Positions 8,933 through 17,649 of a stretch of 42,834 nucleotides of DNA are shown here, one piece after another. The notes under the pieces were generated by a model, which saw nothing but the letters and a program-made list of their open reading frames with translations, had not been told where the DNA came from and searched no databases. Both the position numbers and the translations under genes were made by a program. The stretch is taken from sequence record SRR31156797_5435, one strand, 5' to 3'. Every line of letters begins with the position of its first letter. Position 1 is the first letter of the stretch.

Positions 8933-8967
8933 GTAGACAGAAAAACCATCGAGAGGAGAAGAGAAAA

Positions 8968-9591
8968 ATGACAAATGAACCAATCGCCTGTGCGGCAGAT
9001 GGGATCGATATCACGGGGTGCCGAGTTAGCTTGTACCCAATGAAAGACCATTTCGCGCAACAAATTTTAACAAGTATCGAAAAAACGAATACGAGCGCTG
9101 TTTGGCAGCAGACCGATCTGTTCAGTACCCTTTTTCGAGGGGAAGCGCCTAGTGTCATAGACGCAGCAGAGGCGCTATTTATCAACGCCTACGAATCAAA
9201 GACACACCTCGTGGGTGAGTTTACTTTTTCCAAAGGCTGTCCCGGAGACAGTGCGGGTGACACATTCTTGAATGGCGAACAGGCGCAACCCAATAAAGGA
9301 AAGAACCTAGCGAATGGTGACTTTTTGGTTGATTGCAAATATTCGTTTTACGTATTTGGCGAAAATCATTATATGGAAGAAATCGCCACGATCGTCCAGC
9401 TGGCAGAGACTCATGGCTTGAGCCCTCGTTCTGCTCACTATGTGACGATGCTGACCGGATCAGCAAGCCAACTCTTTGCTTATTTTGAAGCCGCATTAGC
9501 TTATGCCCATGACCATCTCCCCCACTATGTTCTGGAAGCGACTGTTTCGGTCAACAGCCCTTCAAAAAAGGAGGCGATGCCACGTGACTAA
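8968..9591 (+). CDS. ykoF: YkoF-family thiamine/HMP-binding protein
   Basis: GCRVSLYPM, FSKGCPGD and SVNSPS motifs; first gene after the TPP riboswitch. Confidence 0.88.
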   Translation: MTNEPIACAADGIDITGCRVSLYPMKDHFAQQILTSIEKTNTSAVWQQTDLFSTLFRGEAPSVIDAAEALFINAYESKTHLVGEFTFSKGCPGDSAGDTFLNGEQAQPNKGKNLANGDFLVDCKYSFYVFGENHYMEEIATIVQLAETHGLSPRSAHYVTMLTGSASQLFAYFEAALAYAHDHLPHYVLEATVSVNSPSKKEAMPRD

Positions 9592-10186
9592 GTGGGCTTT
9601 GAAAGATGTCATCATGGTAGGAATTGCTTCGTTGATTTTTGGCGTGATCTATCTTGGGGCTGTCCATTTCGGATTGTTGTTAGGTACGCTTCTAACGCCC
9701 TTTGGTTTATCTGTCTTAGCCAATGAGTTTATCTTTGGTGTTTGGTTCATGGCGGCAGCTTTTGCCGGATATGTGCTACGTAAGCCGGGAGCAGCTACGA
9801 TCACTGAAATGATTGCGGCTCTTTTAGAAGTGTTTATGGGAAATTTTTATGGACCTATCATTTTTATTAGCGGTTTTGTACAGGGGATCGGAACAGAAGC
9901 CGGTTTTGCATTAGGCCGCTACCGACGATACGGGTGGTTCCCTTTAGTTACTGGAGCCGTGGGCGCCACGATCACGAGTTTTCTTTGGGGAATCATTCGG
10001 TCAAATTTCATTAACCTACAATGGCAGTTGCTGTTGGCGATCTTTCTTATTCGCTTGCTTTCTTCGTTATTCTTTTCAGCCTTTTTAGTGAAGATCGTCT
10101 GTGACCACTTGACACGGATGGGGGTCCTCAACAGTTACCCCATTGCTGAAGATCAAACGGTCATCGTCAAACGGAAAACCGCATGA
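9584..10186 (+). CDS. ykoE: ECF transporter S component YkoE (thiamine/HMP)
   Basis: KWALKDVI start (GTG 9584, SD AAGGAGG), GVWFMA, RKPGAA, VQGIGTE; multi-TM. Confidence 0.88.
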   Translation: MTKWALKDVIMVGIASLIFGVIYLGAVHFGLLLGTLLTPFGLSVLANEFIFGVWFMAAAFAGYVLRKPGAATITEMIAALLEVFMGNFYGPIIFISGFVQGIGTEAGFALGRYRRYGWFPLVTGAVGATITSFLWGIIRSNFINLQWQLLLAIFLIRLLSSLFFSAFLVKIVCDHLTRMGVLNSYPIAEDQTVIVKRKTA

Positions 10187-11595
10187 GCCTGTCGGTAAAA
10201 AACGGCAGTTTTTTGGTGGATCAAAAGCGACTTGAATTGACTCTGTCTTTGGCCCCTGGTGAAACAAAAGGGATTTATGGTGCTTCAGGAACAGGAAAAA
10301 GCACCCTTTTCCATCTCTTAGCGGGACTAAATGAGAAGGGGTTTGATGGAGGGACGTATACGATTGACGGCCAAACGATGAACCAGCTTTCCATCCGGGA
10401 AAGAAGCACGTCCGTCAGCTTATTGTTTCAAAATCCTGATATGCAATTTTGCATGGCAACACCGCGAGAAGAGTTGCTTTTCTGTTTAGAGAATCAATGT
10501 ATTTCCCAAAAAGACATGCCAAACAAAGTGGCTGAAGCTTTGGCATTTTGCGAGATTACCCACCTTGCTGATCAACCTTTCACGACCTTGTCTGGTGGTG
10601 AAAAACAGCTAGCCGCATTGGCTTGTTGTCTGATATTAAAAAGTCGTTACTTGCTTTTGGACGAACCCTTTGCCAATTTGGATTCGGACACAAGTCAAAA
10701 AGTCATACGAAAACTGCAGCAAATCCAACACAAAAATGCTCTTGGTATTTTATTGATCGATCATCAAATCAAAGAGACCGCTAACTGGGTCGATGAGTGG
10801 CTGCTGATTGAAGAGGAATTCAGAACGATCAATCAAGCAGCGCTCCGCCAACTTGATCAGCACCTACGCAAGTCGCTGCCGCTTGTGAACATTAAATCGA
10901 CTTCTAACGAAAAACGGCTTTCATTTCAAAATTTCCGATTACCCATCCGAAACCATGAAATTGTTTTCCCAGATCTTGCCTTTGATAAGGGCTCACTGAT
11001 TGGAATCACTGGACGTAGCGGCAGCGGCAAGTCTTCGTTTTTAAAAGCTATTTTACAGCAGCAGGCCTATAAAGGGGATATTCTTTTGGCAGGTAAACTA
11101 ATCAAGAAGTATCCGTCACCTTTTCGCTCCATCAGTTGGATCATGCAAAATCCGCAAGACCAATTTTTGGCAGCTACCGTTGCGCAAGAGCTTAGCCAAG
11201 GAAGCGCCCCGACCGAGAGCGACAAACTACTCGAAAAATTGCGTCTGCAAAACAAGAGTGCCCAGTCGCCTTTTCTACTGAGTCAAGGACAGCAACGGCG
11301 CTTGGCTGTTGCCTCCTTACTGCAGCGCCCGGTCGACCTACTGCTAGTAGACGAGCCGACATATGGTCAAGATGTCACACAAGCTTGGCAGATCATGGAG
11401 CTATTAGCTGCTAAAGCAACCACTGGCACGTTAGTTTTGATCGTTAGTCACGATGTCTTATTGTTGCAACAGTTTTGCTCGCAAATCATTGATTTCAATT
11501 GCTATCAAAAGGAGGTCGCAGATGCGTACACTCAATCCCACAGTCAAGTTATTCGCCATTTTAGGACTCGCCTTAGTGGTTTCTTTTCAAAATAA
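10183..11595 (+). CDS. ykoD: ECF transporter duplicated ATPase YkoD
   Basis: Two Walker A motifs (GASGTGKS, GRSGSGKS), two QNP Q-loops, LSGGEKQ and LSQGQQRR, DEP Walker B motifs. Confidence 0.88.
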   Translation: MSLSVKNGSFLVDQKRLELTLSLAPGETKGIYGASGTGKSTLFHLLAGLNEKGFDGGTYTIDGQTMNQLSIRERSTSVSLLFQNPDMQFCMATPREELLFCLENQCISQKDMPNKVAEALAFCEITHLADQPFTTLSGGEKQLAALACCLILKSRYLLLDEPFANLDSDTSQKVIRKLQQIQHKNALGILLIDHQIKETANWVDEWLLIEEEFRTINQAALRQLDQHLRKSLPLVNIKSTSNEKRLSFQNFRLPIRNHEIVFPDLAFDKGSLIGITGRSGSGKSSFLKAILQQQAYKGDILLAGKLIKKYPSPFRSISWIMQNPQDQFLAATVAQELSQGSAPTESDKLLEKLRLQNKSAQSPFLLSQGQQRRLAVASLLQRPVDLLLVDEPTYGQDVTQAWQIMELLAAKATTGTLVLIVSHDVLLLQQFCSQIIDFNCYQKEVADAYTQSHSQVIRHFRTRLSGFFSK

Positions 11596-12202
11596 TTTCA
11601 GATTGAATTTATTGCTCTCTGTCCTATTCTTCGTTATTACTGTAAAAGAGCGCTCCTTGAAAAAAAGTCTTTTGCTCTTTTCTGCATTAACACTGGCAGC
11701 TGTTGGGGTCTTTTTCACTGGTCTCCTTTACTATCAAGACCATCAAGGCGCTCCCTCCTCAACGGCAGCTATTCACTATGGGCTTGACATGGCGAGCCGA
11801 ATCTACTGCTTCGGTATTCTGGGAAGTTCTTTCAGTGTGACGACCACGATCAATGAATTGATTTATTCGCTGCAGCAACAGCTGCACCTGCCTGCCGTTT
11901 TTGCGTACGGTCTGCTCGCTGCGTTTCAAATTGCTCCGATCATTCCAGCAGAGTATCAAAACATCCGCAATAGCATGCGTTCCAGAGGAATCTCAGTCAA
12001 TTCGTTTTCTTTCAAAATGTTGATTCCTTTACTCGTCAAATCCATTCGCTGGTCCGAACTTTTGGCGACGGCAATGCTTTCAAGAGGTTTCGACGGTGAA
12101 GGAACGCGAACTTATGCCAAGACATTTCGAATCACTTTTATGGATACGCTGTTTTTATCCTTATGTTTGATGGTGGGACTTGGCGGAACACTCATCCTAT
12201 AA
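11522..12202 (+). CDS. ykoC: ECF transporter T component YkoC
   Basis: LNPTVKL start (ATG 11522, SD AGGAGG), RSRG and AMLSRGF...RT coupling motifs. Confidence 0.88.
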   Translation: MRTLNPTVKLFAILGLALVVSFQNNFRLNLLLSVLFFVITVKERSLKKSLLLFSALTLAAVGVFFTGLLYYQDHQGAPSSTAAIHYGLDMASRIYCFGILGSSFSVTTTINELIYSLQQQLHLPAVFAYGLLAAFQIAPIIPAEYQNIRNSMRSRGISVNSFSFKMLIPLLVKSIRWSELLATAMLSRGFDGEGTRTYAKTFRITFMDTLFLSLCLMVGLGGTLIL

Positions 12203-12215
12203 AGGGGAAAGAGAC

Positions 12216-12254
12216 AAAAAGACAAAGAAACGTAAGGGTTTCTTTGTCTTTTTT
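12216..12254. terminator. Bidirectional intrinsic terminator
   Basis: 16-bp stem AAAAAGACAAAGAAAC/GTTTCTTTGTCTTTTT between convergent genes. Confidence 0.85.
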
Positions 12255-12264
12255 CATTGATTTA

Positions 12265-12783
12265 TTAAGAAGTGATCGTCTTTTTTACTGAACCAGATTT
12301 GATTTGGTAAAACGTAACAAACATCGTCGTTGCTAATATATACAAGGCGAAAAGAAGATACATGTTTTTAAACAGCTGGATCGTCGTTTGGTTCAACCAG
12401 GCCCCTACTTTAGGAATATAAAATATCGGCTGGCCAATCAATTGACTTTTTTGAATTTCGTTTGGTTCCATCTGATTTTGATTGTCGCCAATGGTGTAGA
12501 GCACCGATTGATTTTCCCCAACCGCAACGATTCGCCGCGTCCGCATCTGTCTACCTTGATCAACATAATACGTTACTTCGTTGCCAACCACTAAATTATC
12601 TTCAGAAGCTTTTTTTACAAAAAGGAGTGTCCCTTCAGAATATGTCGGTTCCATTGCATCACTAGCAACAATAGCCATTGTGAAACCAAACGCATGTGGG
12701 ATCACCACAATTAGTACAGACAGCAGCATGAACATCAGTACAAAAAGTGAGAGCATGATACTTTGTTTTGGAAAAAGCTTCAT
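12265..12783 (-). CDS. SipW-type (S26B) signal peptidase I homologue, catalytic residues substituted
   Basis: N- and C-terminal TMs; VASDAMEP (cf. VLSGSMEP), GNEVTY (cf. GDVITF), TRRIV (cf. THRIV), TIGDN (cf. TKGDN), IPKVG. Confidence 0.85.
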   Translation of the reverse strand: MKLFPKQSIMLSLFVLMFMLLSVLIVVIPHAFGFTMAIVASDAMEPTYSEGTLLFVKKASEDNLVVGNEVTYYVDQGRQMRTRRIVAVGENQSVLYTIGDNQNQMEPNEIQKSQLIGQPIFYIPKVGAWLNQTTIQLFKNMYLLFALYILATTMFVTFYQIKSGSVKKTITS

Positions 12784-12961
12784 TTTCTATTCTCCTTCTA
12801 AACCTCAGTTTCTTTTATGATTCTATAACATAACTCTATTTTTTTCAAACATTTAAAAACGTTTCGTTGAATTTTTATACGAAGATTACTCGATTATTAT
12901 TTGACTTTATTTAATTATTTATATTATGCTAAAGGCGATTAAAAAACAGAGGAGAAAAAGT

Positions 12962-14803
12962 ATGCCTTTTTTAAATAACAAGTTTTTTTTAAAGCGTTGG
13001 ATTCCCTTCATCCTTCTGGTCCTATTTTTACTGGGAAGTATTGTCTTTTTTCTCGTTCTTTTTTTATTCCCAACTTCTGATATCCATGCAGTGGAGAAAA
13101 AGGAAGACTGGATTTTCTATGCTGAGGACAATCCCGAATCTACTTTTATTAGCCGTTATGTGAAACATTTACCTAGTGTAAAAGCCAATGATCGTTTTGT
13201 GATGAAGCGAAAAATGACCAACGATTATAAATACCCTACAATGTTACTAATTGGCGATCATCAACACATGACTGTCTATCTCGATGATCAAGAAATTTAC
13301 ACCAACGATGAGCCCAATGATCCACTGACTCTCAATCATCCAGGCAAAACATTGTCTTTTATCACCTTGCCTGAGGATTATGTTGGTAAAACCTTGAAAA
13401 TATACGTGACTAGTCCTTTTGACACCTATTCTGGCTTCCCAGCAGAAGTCTTTTTTGGCCCTGCAAATGCACTGATCGGCTATGTCTTCAGTCTGTCAAT
13501 TTTAAATATTTACATTCTTTTATTTACTGGTTTTATTTGTATCATCAATTTATTTTATGTCTTAGTTTCTTTTATCAATCAACGAAGGCTGAAAATATCT
13601 TCTCTCTTATTCAGCGGCTTTGCCTTAACAGCAGGCTTGGAAGCAGGCTTCAGCGATATGCTTGGTGGACTACTGTTTCCCCCAATCGTCAACTCTGTAA
13701 TGTTAAATATTCTTTCTATTATTACACCAATGTTTTTGATCGGCTTTTACTGCACGAATATGCATTTTATTCGCAAGTACTACCAGAAATGGTTATACTT
13801 TCACTATTCATTCGGTCTGTTAGCGATACTTTTCGCACTTTTCCAAGCACAAAGTTTGCCCGTCATCATGAATTATATGTTCTTGTTGAATATTACCAGT
13901 ACCTTCGTTACTTCTTTTGCAGCAATTTATGAAGCATTGAAAAAAAATCCTTTTTATGTCATTTGTGCGCCTTGGATCGTGATTGCGGCTATCGGTCATT
14001 GTTTCTTGTATATTCAGGATATTTTAGTTTTGCCACAATCTGATATCAATTGGCGTTCGATCATCTTTTTCTTATTAATTATCATTTTTACTTGCTACGG
14101 CTTCCTTGAACTCTTTTTTGCCAGCGAGGGTAAAAATAAGCAGATCGATACGGCAGACATCAAAGTGCGTTTATATGAGAATCAACAAGCGATCAGCCCT
14201 GAACAAACGTTAAAATGGCAGCAAGTTTTACGGACCATCAAACAAAGAACCCATACGGTCAAGGATATGTTAGAAGATCAGCAGTTGGCAGCGGCCTATG
14301 AAGGCCTTAGTGAGATTGAAGAACAGATCAAGCAGCAGTTAACGAGTCCTTCCGTTGAAAAAGAATCACTCACGACGATGCTGCTTGCTAATTATAAACA
14401 CACAGCTGCTCAAAAAAGGATCACCTTTGCCTGTGATGGCATCATAGAACCACTGGAACAATTGGCGGAAAATGATCGTCTATCCTTGATCGCTCATTGC
14501 CTAGAGTACGCCATCCGATACACTTGTGCGGTCACTGATCCTCAAAAGCGAAGACTCGCGTTGAGGGTGAATGACACGAACGGCCAGTTGCATATCGACT
14601 GCCAAATGCCGCTTCTCTCAAATGAAGAAGCAGAAAAACTACAGAACAATGAAACCAAACGACAGGCGATGCAGGCTGACATGCAAATGCTAGAACAACT
14701 TTGTTTAGCCTACCAAGGAAGTATCCGGATTGAAGAAACTGACGGGCTTCACCTCTTGCATTTGACACTTAGGGCGAAAATAGATCCGCTGTCTTTCGAC
14801 TGA
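12962..14803 (+). CDS. Membrane sensor-like protein: extracellular domain + about 7 TM + degenerate GHKL (HATPase_c_5-like) domain
   Basis: N-terminal TM, extracellular beta-rich domain (HMTVYLDDQEIY, ITLPEDYVGKTLKI), multi-TM block, coiled region, C-terminal GHKL-like fold (LSLIAHCLEYAIRY...RRLALRV...YQGSIRIE). ATG 12962 with SD AGGAG. Confidence 0.7.
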   Translation: MPFLNNKFFLKRWIPFILLVLFLLGSIVFFLVLFLFPTSDIHAVEKKEDWIFYAEDNPESTFISRYVKHLPSVKANDRFVMKRKMTNDYKYPTMLLIGDHQHMTVYLDDQEIYTNDEPNDPLTLNHPGKTLSFITLPEDYVGKTLKIYVTSPFDTYSGFPAEVFFGPANALIGYVFSLSILNIYILLFTGFICIINLFYVLVSFINQRRLKISSLLFSGFALTAGLEAGFSDMLGGLLFPPIVNSVMLNILSIITPMFLIGFYCTNMHFIRKYYQKWLYFHYSFGLLAILFALFQAQSLPVIMNYMFLLNITSTFVTSFAAIYEALKKNPFYVICAPWIVIAAIGHCFLYIQDILVLPQSDINWRSIIFFLLIIIFTCYGFLELFFASEGKNKQIDTADIKVRLYENQQAISPEQTLKWQQVLRTIKQRTHTVKDMLEDQQLAAAYEGLSEIEEQIKQQLTSPSVEKESLTTMLLANYKHTAAQKRITFACDGIIEPLEQLAENDRLSLIAHCLEYAIRYTCAVTDPQKRRLALRVNDTNGQLHIDCQMPLLSNEEAEKLQNNETKRQAMQADMQMLEQLCLAYQGSIRIEETDGLHLLHLTLRAKIDPLSFD

Positions 14804-14899
14804 CCGTCTTGCTACATTAGTTTTAAAGGAGCGATTTTAAGAAAAAGCGAAAAAACTCTTGCTTTTTTCGCTTTTTCGCTTTAGCATGATAAAGAACAG

Positions 14900-15131
14900 C
14901 AACAAGCATTGGAATAGTAGTTTTATGATGGTCTTAGAGAGTCGATGGCAGCTGAAAAATCGACACCCACTGATAAAATGAACCTACCCAATGGCAATGA
15001 CCGCAAAACGGTCGGTGGAAAGGCCTTATCCTTTACGAGTTGGATTATCCCGATAGATAATCAACAAAGGTGGTACCGCGAAATCCAAGCATTTCGTCCT
15101 TTTTTAGGACGAGATGCTTTTTTATTTTTTT
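14900..15131 (+). promoter_or_regulatory. Proline T-box riboswitch
   Basis: Stem I AGAGAG...GCTGAAA motifs, specifier GAA-CCT-A (Pro codon 14983-14985), T-box AAAGGTGGTACCGCG (15066-15080), terminator AGCATTTCGTCCT...AGGACGAGATGCT with a T-run. Confidence 0.92.
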
Positions 15132-15145
15132 AAGGAGGAAAAAGA

Positions 15146-16579
15146 ATGACACAAAAAAATGATTTTACAGAATGGTATATCCAAACGATCCAAAAAGCCG
15201 AATTGATGGCTTACTCCCCAGTGAAAGGCTCCATTATTTTCCGTCCTGACGGCTTCGAACTTTGGGAGCATATCCAAGAAGAGTTCAATCGATTCTTGAA
15301 AAAAGAGGGCATTCGTAATGCGTACTTCCCAATGCTGATTCCGCAAAATTTCTTTATGAAAGAAGCCGATCATATTGAAGGTTTTGCGCCTGAATTGCCA
15401 TGGGTCACAGAAGTCGGCAATGAAAAATTGGAAGAACCTTTGGCCTTGCGTCCAACCTCAGAAACCATGATTGGCTCTGCCTTTTCTGATTGGATCAACT
15501 CTTACCGTGACCTGCCTTATGAAATTAATCAATGGGCAAACGTCTTTCGTTGGGAAAAGAAAACATTGCCTTTCTTGCGTACCTCAGAGTTTTTATGGCA
15601 AGAAGGCCATACCGCTCATGAAAACGAAGAAGATGCACGTCAACGCACCATGAAAATCTTGGATGAATATGCCCGCCTTTGCGAAGAATTCCTAGCGATC
15701 CCTGTTTATCGCGGACAAAAAACCCCTTCTGAGCGTTTTGCTGGAGCAGTTGATACTTATTCGATCGAAGCGATGATGAAAGACGGCAAAGCAGTCCAAG
15801 CAGGAACCAGCCACTACATGGGGACAAAATTTGCTGAAGCATTTGATATTACGTATTTAACGAAAGAAAACAAGCATGTCCATGCCCACACAACCTCTTG
15901 GGGTGTCTCTACCCGCTTGTTGGGGGCCTTGATCATGACCCATGGCGATGAAAATGGGTTAGTTTTCCCACCAACCATTGCACCAACCCAAGTTGTGTTG
16001 TTACCAGTCGGTCCATGGAAAAAGAATCCAGCCATCTTAGAAAAATTAGAAGAACTGTATGCTAACTTTAAAGCCAAGGGCATTCGTGTTCGATTGGATG
16101 ATTCTGATAACTCACCTGGCTATAAGTTCAATGAATGGGAACTAAAAGGCGCTTGCTTGCGAATCGAATGTGGCCCAAGAGATTTAGAAGCTGGCAAAGT
16201 GATGGTCAAAGTCCGCGACTTGGCTGACAAGCAAACAGTCGCCCTTGAGCACTTGGAAGCCTTCGTTGATCAAGAACTGCAAGCAATGCCCCCACGCTTA
16301 TTGGCAGCTGCGAAGGAACGTAACAAAGATAATGAGTACACCAACATCGATACATTGGATGAACTAAAAGCCCATATCGAAACGTGCAAACAAGAAGACA
16401 AAGTGACTGGCTTTGTTTTGATCGGTTGGGACGGCTCGGAAGAAACGGAAGCGAAAATCAAAGAAGAAACCGGCTTTACTACCCGAAACATTCCGTTTGA
16501 AGCACCAATGGAAAAAACAGTCGATATCGTCAGTGGCAAACCTGCCAAGCATACCGTTTGGATCGCCCGCGCATACTAA
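15146..16579 (+). CDS. proS: Proline--tRNA ligase, archaeal/eukaryotic type (no INS editing domain)
   Basis: DFTEWY, LRPTSET, QWANVFRWE...PFLRTSEFLWQEGHTAH, QAGTSHY, SWGVSTRL, anticodon domain, C-terminal ARAY; 477 aa. Confidence 0.96.
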   Translation: MTQKNDFTEWYIQTIQKAELMAYSPVKGSIIFRPDGFELWEHIQEEFNRFLKKEGIRNAYFPMLIPQNFFMKEADHIEGFAPELPWVTEVGNEKLEEPLALRPTSETMIGSAFSDWINSYRDLPYEINQWANVFRWEKKTLPFLRTSEFLWQEGHTAHENEEDARQRTMKILDEYARLCEEFLAIPVYRGQKTPSERFAGAVDTYSIEAMMKDGKAVQAGTSHYMGTKFAEAFDITYLTKENKHVHAHTTSWGVSTRLLGALIMTHGDENGLVFPPTIAPTQVVLLPVGPWKKNPAILEKLEELYANFKAKGIRVRLDDSDNSPGYKFNEWELKGACLRIECGPRDLEAGKVMVKVRDLADKQTVALEHLEAFVDQELQAMPPRLLAAAKERNKDNEYTNIDTLDELKAHIETCKQEDKVTGFVLIGWDGSEETEAKIKEETGFTTRNIPFEAPMEKTVDIVSGKPAKHTVWIARAY

Positions 16580-16582
16580 TAG

Positions 16583-16624
16583 AAAAAACGAAGCAGCCAG
16601 ATTGAAAAGGCTGCTTCGTTTTTT
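16583..16624. terminator. Bidirectional intrinsic terminator
   Basis: 16-bp stem AAAAAACGAAGCAGCC/GGCTGCTTCGTTTTTT between proS and lplA. Confidence 0.88.
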
Positions 16625-16626
16625 GA

Positions 16627-17631
16627 TTAATAAATCAATGAAAGAAAATCTTCAGGCGTGATGTTGCCAAAATATTTTTTAACATCAATGTTGGCGATGA
16701 CTTGTGCCAAATCTTCCTTGGCATAACGAGTTCCGATCAGGGCTTGTTCGACATCTGCAATGTCCCCTAGTCCGAAAAAGTCGCCAAAGATTTTGGCATC
16801 CGTGATTTTTCCTTCTGCCACATTCAAACGAACTTCGATGGAGCCGATTGGGAAGCGATGACGGCGTTCAATATCAAAAGCTGGTGATTTACCGTAATTC
16901 CAATCCCAGTTGCGATAATACTTATCGGAAATCTCATTGATCTTGACCCAATCCTCTTCAGTCAGTTCATAGGTTTTGACTTCTTCCACGGAATCGACAC
17001 CAAAAATCTTCAATAAGATTTCTTGACGGAACTCTTCAGTCGTCATGTCTTGCTTCTCTTTTGGCAAGAATGGTTTGATGTTTGTCACTCTTGAGCGGAT
17101 CGATTTGATGCCTTTTGATTCGATTTTGTCTTTGCGGACTTTCAAGGCGTTGACCACTTCATTGATGTCACTGTCAAACATGATCGTCCCATGAGCAAAC
17201 ATCCGGCCATTCGTTGCGTACATCGCATTCCCAGAAAACTTCATGTCATTGATCACAAGGTCGTTGCGCCCTTTTAGTTGCGCCCCTTCAACCCCCATCT
17301 CATGCAAGGCTTGGACGATTGGTTTGGTCAGTTTTTCAAAATCTCTGAAAGAATTGCCATCGTCAGGCATAATAAAGCTGAAATTCAAGTTTCCGAAATC
17401 ATGATAGACTGCACCGCCGCCGCTGAAACGACGAACGACATGAATCCCATGTTCATCCACATATTCCTTATTGATCTCTTCGATCGTATTTTGATTGCGT
17501 CCAATGATAATCGATGGTTCATTAATGTAAAAAAGTAAGATGGGTTCATCCACTTTCATTTCTTGAAGAAGAAAAATCTCGATGGCTAAATTGATGCGTG
17601 GATCGTTCAGTTCATTCGGTACAAAAAGCAT
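16627..17631 (-). CDS. lplA: Lipoate--protein ligase
   Basis: IGRNQN, RRFSGGGAVYHD, KFSGNA, HGT, KSIRSRVTNI, WDWNYGKSP, GDFF. Confidence 0.95.
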   Translation of the reverse strand: MLFVPNELNDPRINLAIEIFLLQEMKVDEPILLFYINEPSIIIGRNQNTIEEINKEYVDEHGIHVVRRFSGGGAVYHDFGNLNFSFIMPDDGNSFRDFEKLTKPIVQALHEMGVEGAQLKGRNDLVINDMKFSGNAMYATNGRMFAHGTIMFDSDINEVVNALKVRKDKIESKGIKSIRSRVTNIKPFLPKEKQDMTTEEFRQEILLKIFGVDSVEEVKTYELTEEDWVKINEISDKYYRNWDWNYGKSPAFDIERRHRFPIGSIEVRLNVAEGKITDAKIFGDFFGLGDIADVEQALIGTRYAKEDLAQVIANIDVKKYFGNITPEDFLSLIY

Positions 17632-17649
17632 ACTATTCGTTCCTCCTAA

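Noticed and set aside
11522-11595. 74-bp overlap of ykoD and ykoC suggesting a frameshift
   Set aside because: Both proteins have complete motif sets and ykoC has its own SD; such tail overlaps are ordinary in ECF operons.
12983-12990. Homopolymer tracts in coding regions (T8 here; also 485-492 and 42586-42594) as phase-variation sites
   Set aside because: Runs of 8-9 A/T are expected by chance at this base composition, and all frames are intact.
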